The notes beneath the pieces were generated by a model. The model had not been told where the DNA came from. It was given only the letters and a program-made list of their open reading frames with translations, and made no database searches. Made by a program: the position numbers and the translations under genes. This document shows, in pieces, positions 62,919-64,000 of a stretch of 64,000 nucleotides of DNA. The DNA comes from Nemertoderma westbladi (taxonomy: Eukaryota > Animalia > Xenacoelomorpha), in assembly GCA_032718475.1 (NCBI GenBank), contig JAUCBJ010002740.1, positions 979 to 64,978 on the forward strand, read 5' to 3'. How positions within the stretch are numbered: position 1 is the first letter of the stretch; every line of letters begins with the position of its first letter.

Positions 62919-64000
62919 TTATTAACAGATATATTTTATATTAAATTATTAAATTTTATCAAAGTGTAATGTGTGTATAAATTGGGAAGTTACCCTACGA
63001 CGTCCCTCGTGTAAAATGTCACTCAATCGCTTCGCTCGTTTACTTTTATAGTGTATGTGACTTCATAATTTATAGTAAAATTTCTGGTTTACTTTTACAA
63101 TTATTATTAAAGCCCTAGTGCTCTACGAAATTAGTCCCGATATGTGCGCTGTATTTATAGTTAAATTTGATGTTTAACTCTCCTTGTAATATGTTTGTTT
63201 TCCTGTAGGAACAGTAATATTTTATTACCATATGTTTACCTGTGTTCTACAGGAAGAAACGCACAAGCATTGCTACCCTATGTAATTAAATTGTCTTCTG
63301 AGACAACTTAAGCATGAAATAAATGCATGGCTTACTTAATGCTCATGTAGAGATACATCACAACTACTACAGTAGCTGAATACGGTAGCTACATGTTGCC
63401 CCCAGTATTAACTTAATGTTGTTCTTCGCTTGTAAAACACCAATGAAATAGAACCACAAATAGTAAATAATTAATTAATTAACCACGTATTGTTACAGTA
63501 TGTTTGACGTAAGCCTCTTAGTGTATGGAAAAACAAAACTATCAACAAAGAATCAGGGGGGCTAGGCAAGTAGGGAGTGAAGCTTTATTATACTGAATAC
63601 AATTAATTAGTCCACACAACCACTACTGGGTGTTAAAATATAATCGCAAATGCTTGCCATTCTAGTTATTTATCAACATCAATTAATATACACAAAGACC
63701 AGTGACATATTGACCATTTCTATTCTGTATAATTGGACATTTGGTCAATGTCCCTATAAGTCTGTTCAGTTCTGTTGGGTCATCATGTCCTAAACTGAAA
63801 ATTGTACCATATAATATGACCAGAGTCCATATCTGTCTACCCACAAAGTAAAAACAAGTTACGGAGTATAAATGATGTCGATAATATATTAATTAAGCAT
63901 GTCATAACGTAAATATTTTGGCATATTTACACAAAACAAATATAATTTGGCTGATAGCAATTGCGCACTGTACCAACAGTTTAACAGTTAGGTCTACGGT

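Overview
AT-rich, repeat-dense animal (invertebrate, probably bilaterian) genomic DNA; not prokaryotic, and there is no CRISPR array. Three well-supported genes. (1) An intronless 280-aa Pro/Gly/Gln-rich plus beta-trefoil protein (6395-7237, -). (2) An intronless single-PDZ NHERF/EBP50 homologue (10638-11402, -). (3) A ~26-kb six-coding-exon gene (34054-60371, +) that the ORF track shows only in pieces. I assemble it as ~594 aa: signal peptide + ShK domain + four tandem six-Cys Caspr/COLFI-like domains, with every intron in phase 1. A possible fourth gene lies at 62292-62918. About 25 kb is tandem repeat from seven satellite families (35, ~27, 41, 63, 40, 25, 21 bp). The 63-bp satellite is a tandemised piece of a TSD-flanked tRNA/Nin-type SINE 5 kb away, and the 41-bp satellite is a hairpin array with higher-order repeats. 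Also present: decayed non-LTR retrotransposons, two hAT MITEs with 8-bp TSDs, a P-like MITE, several foldback palindromes, and a repeat family carrying clusters of bipartite CTCF-like motifs. All domain and family assignments are from recall and manual reading; no searches were run.
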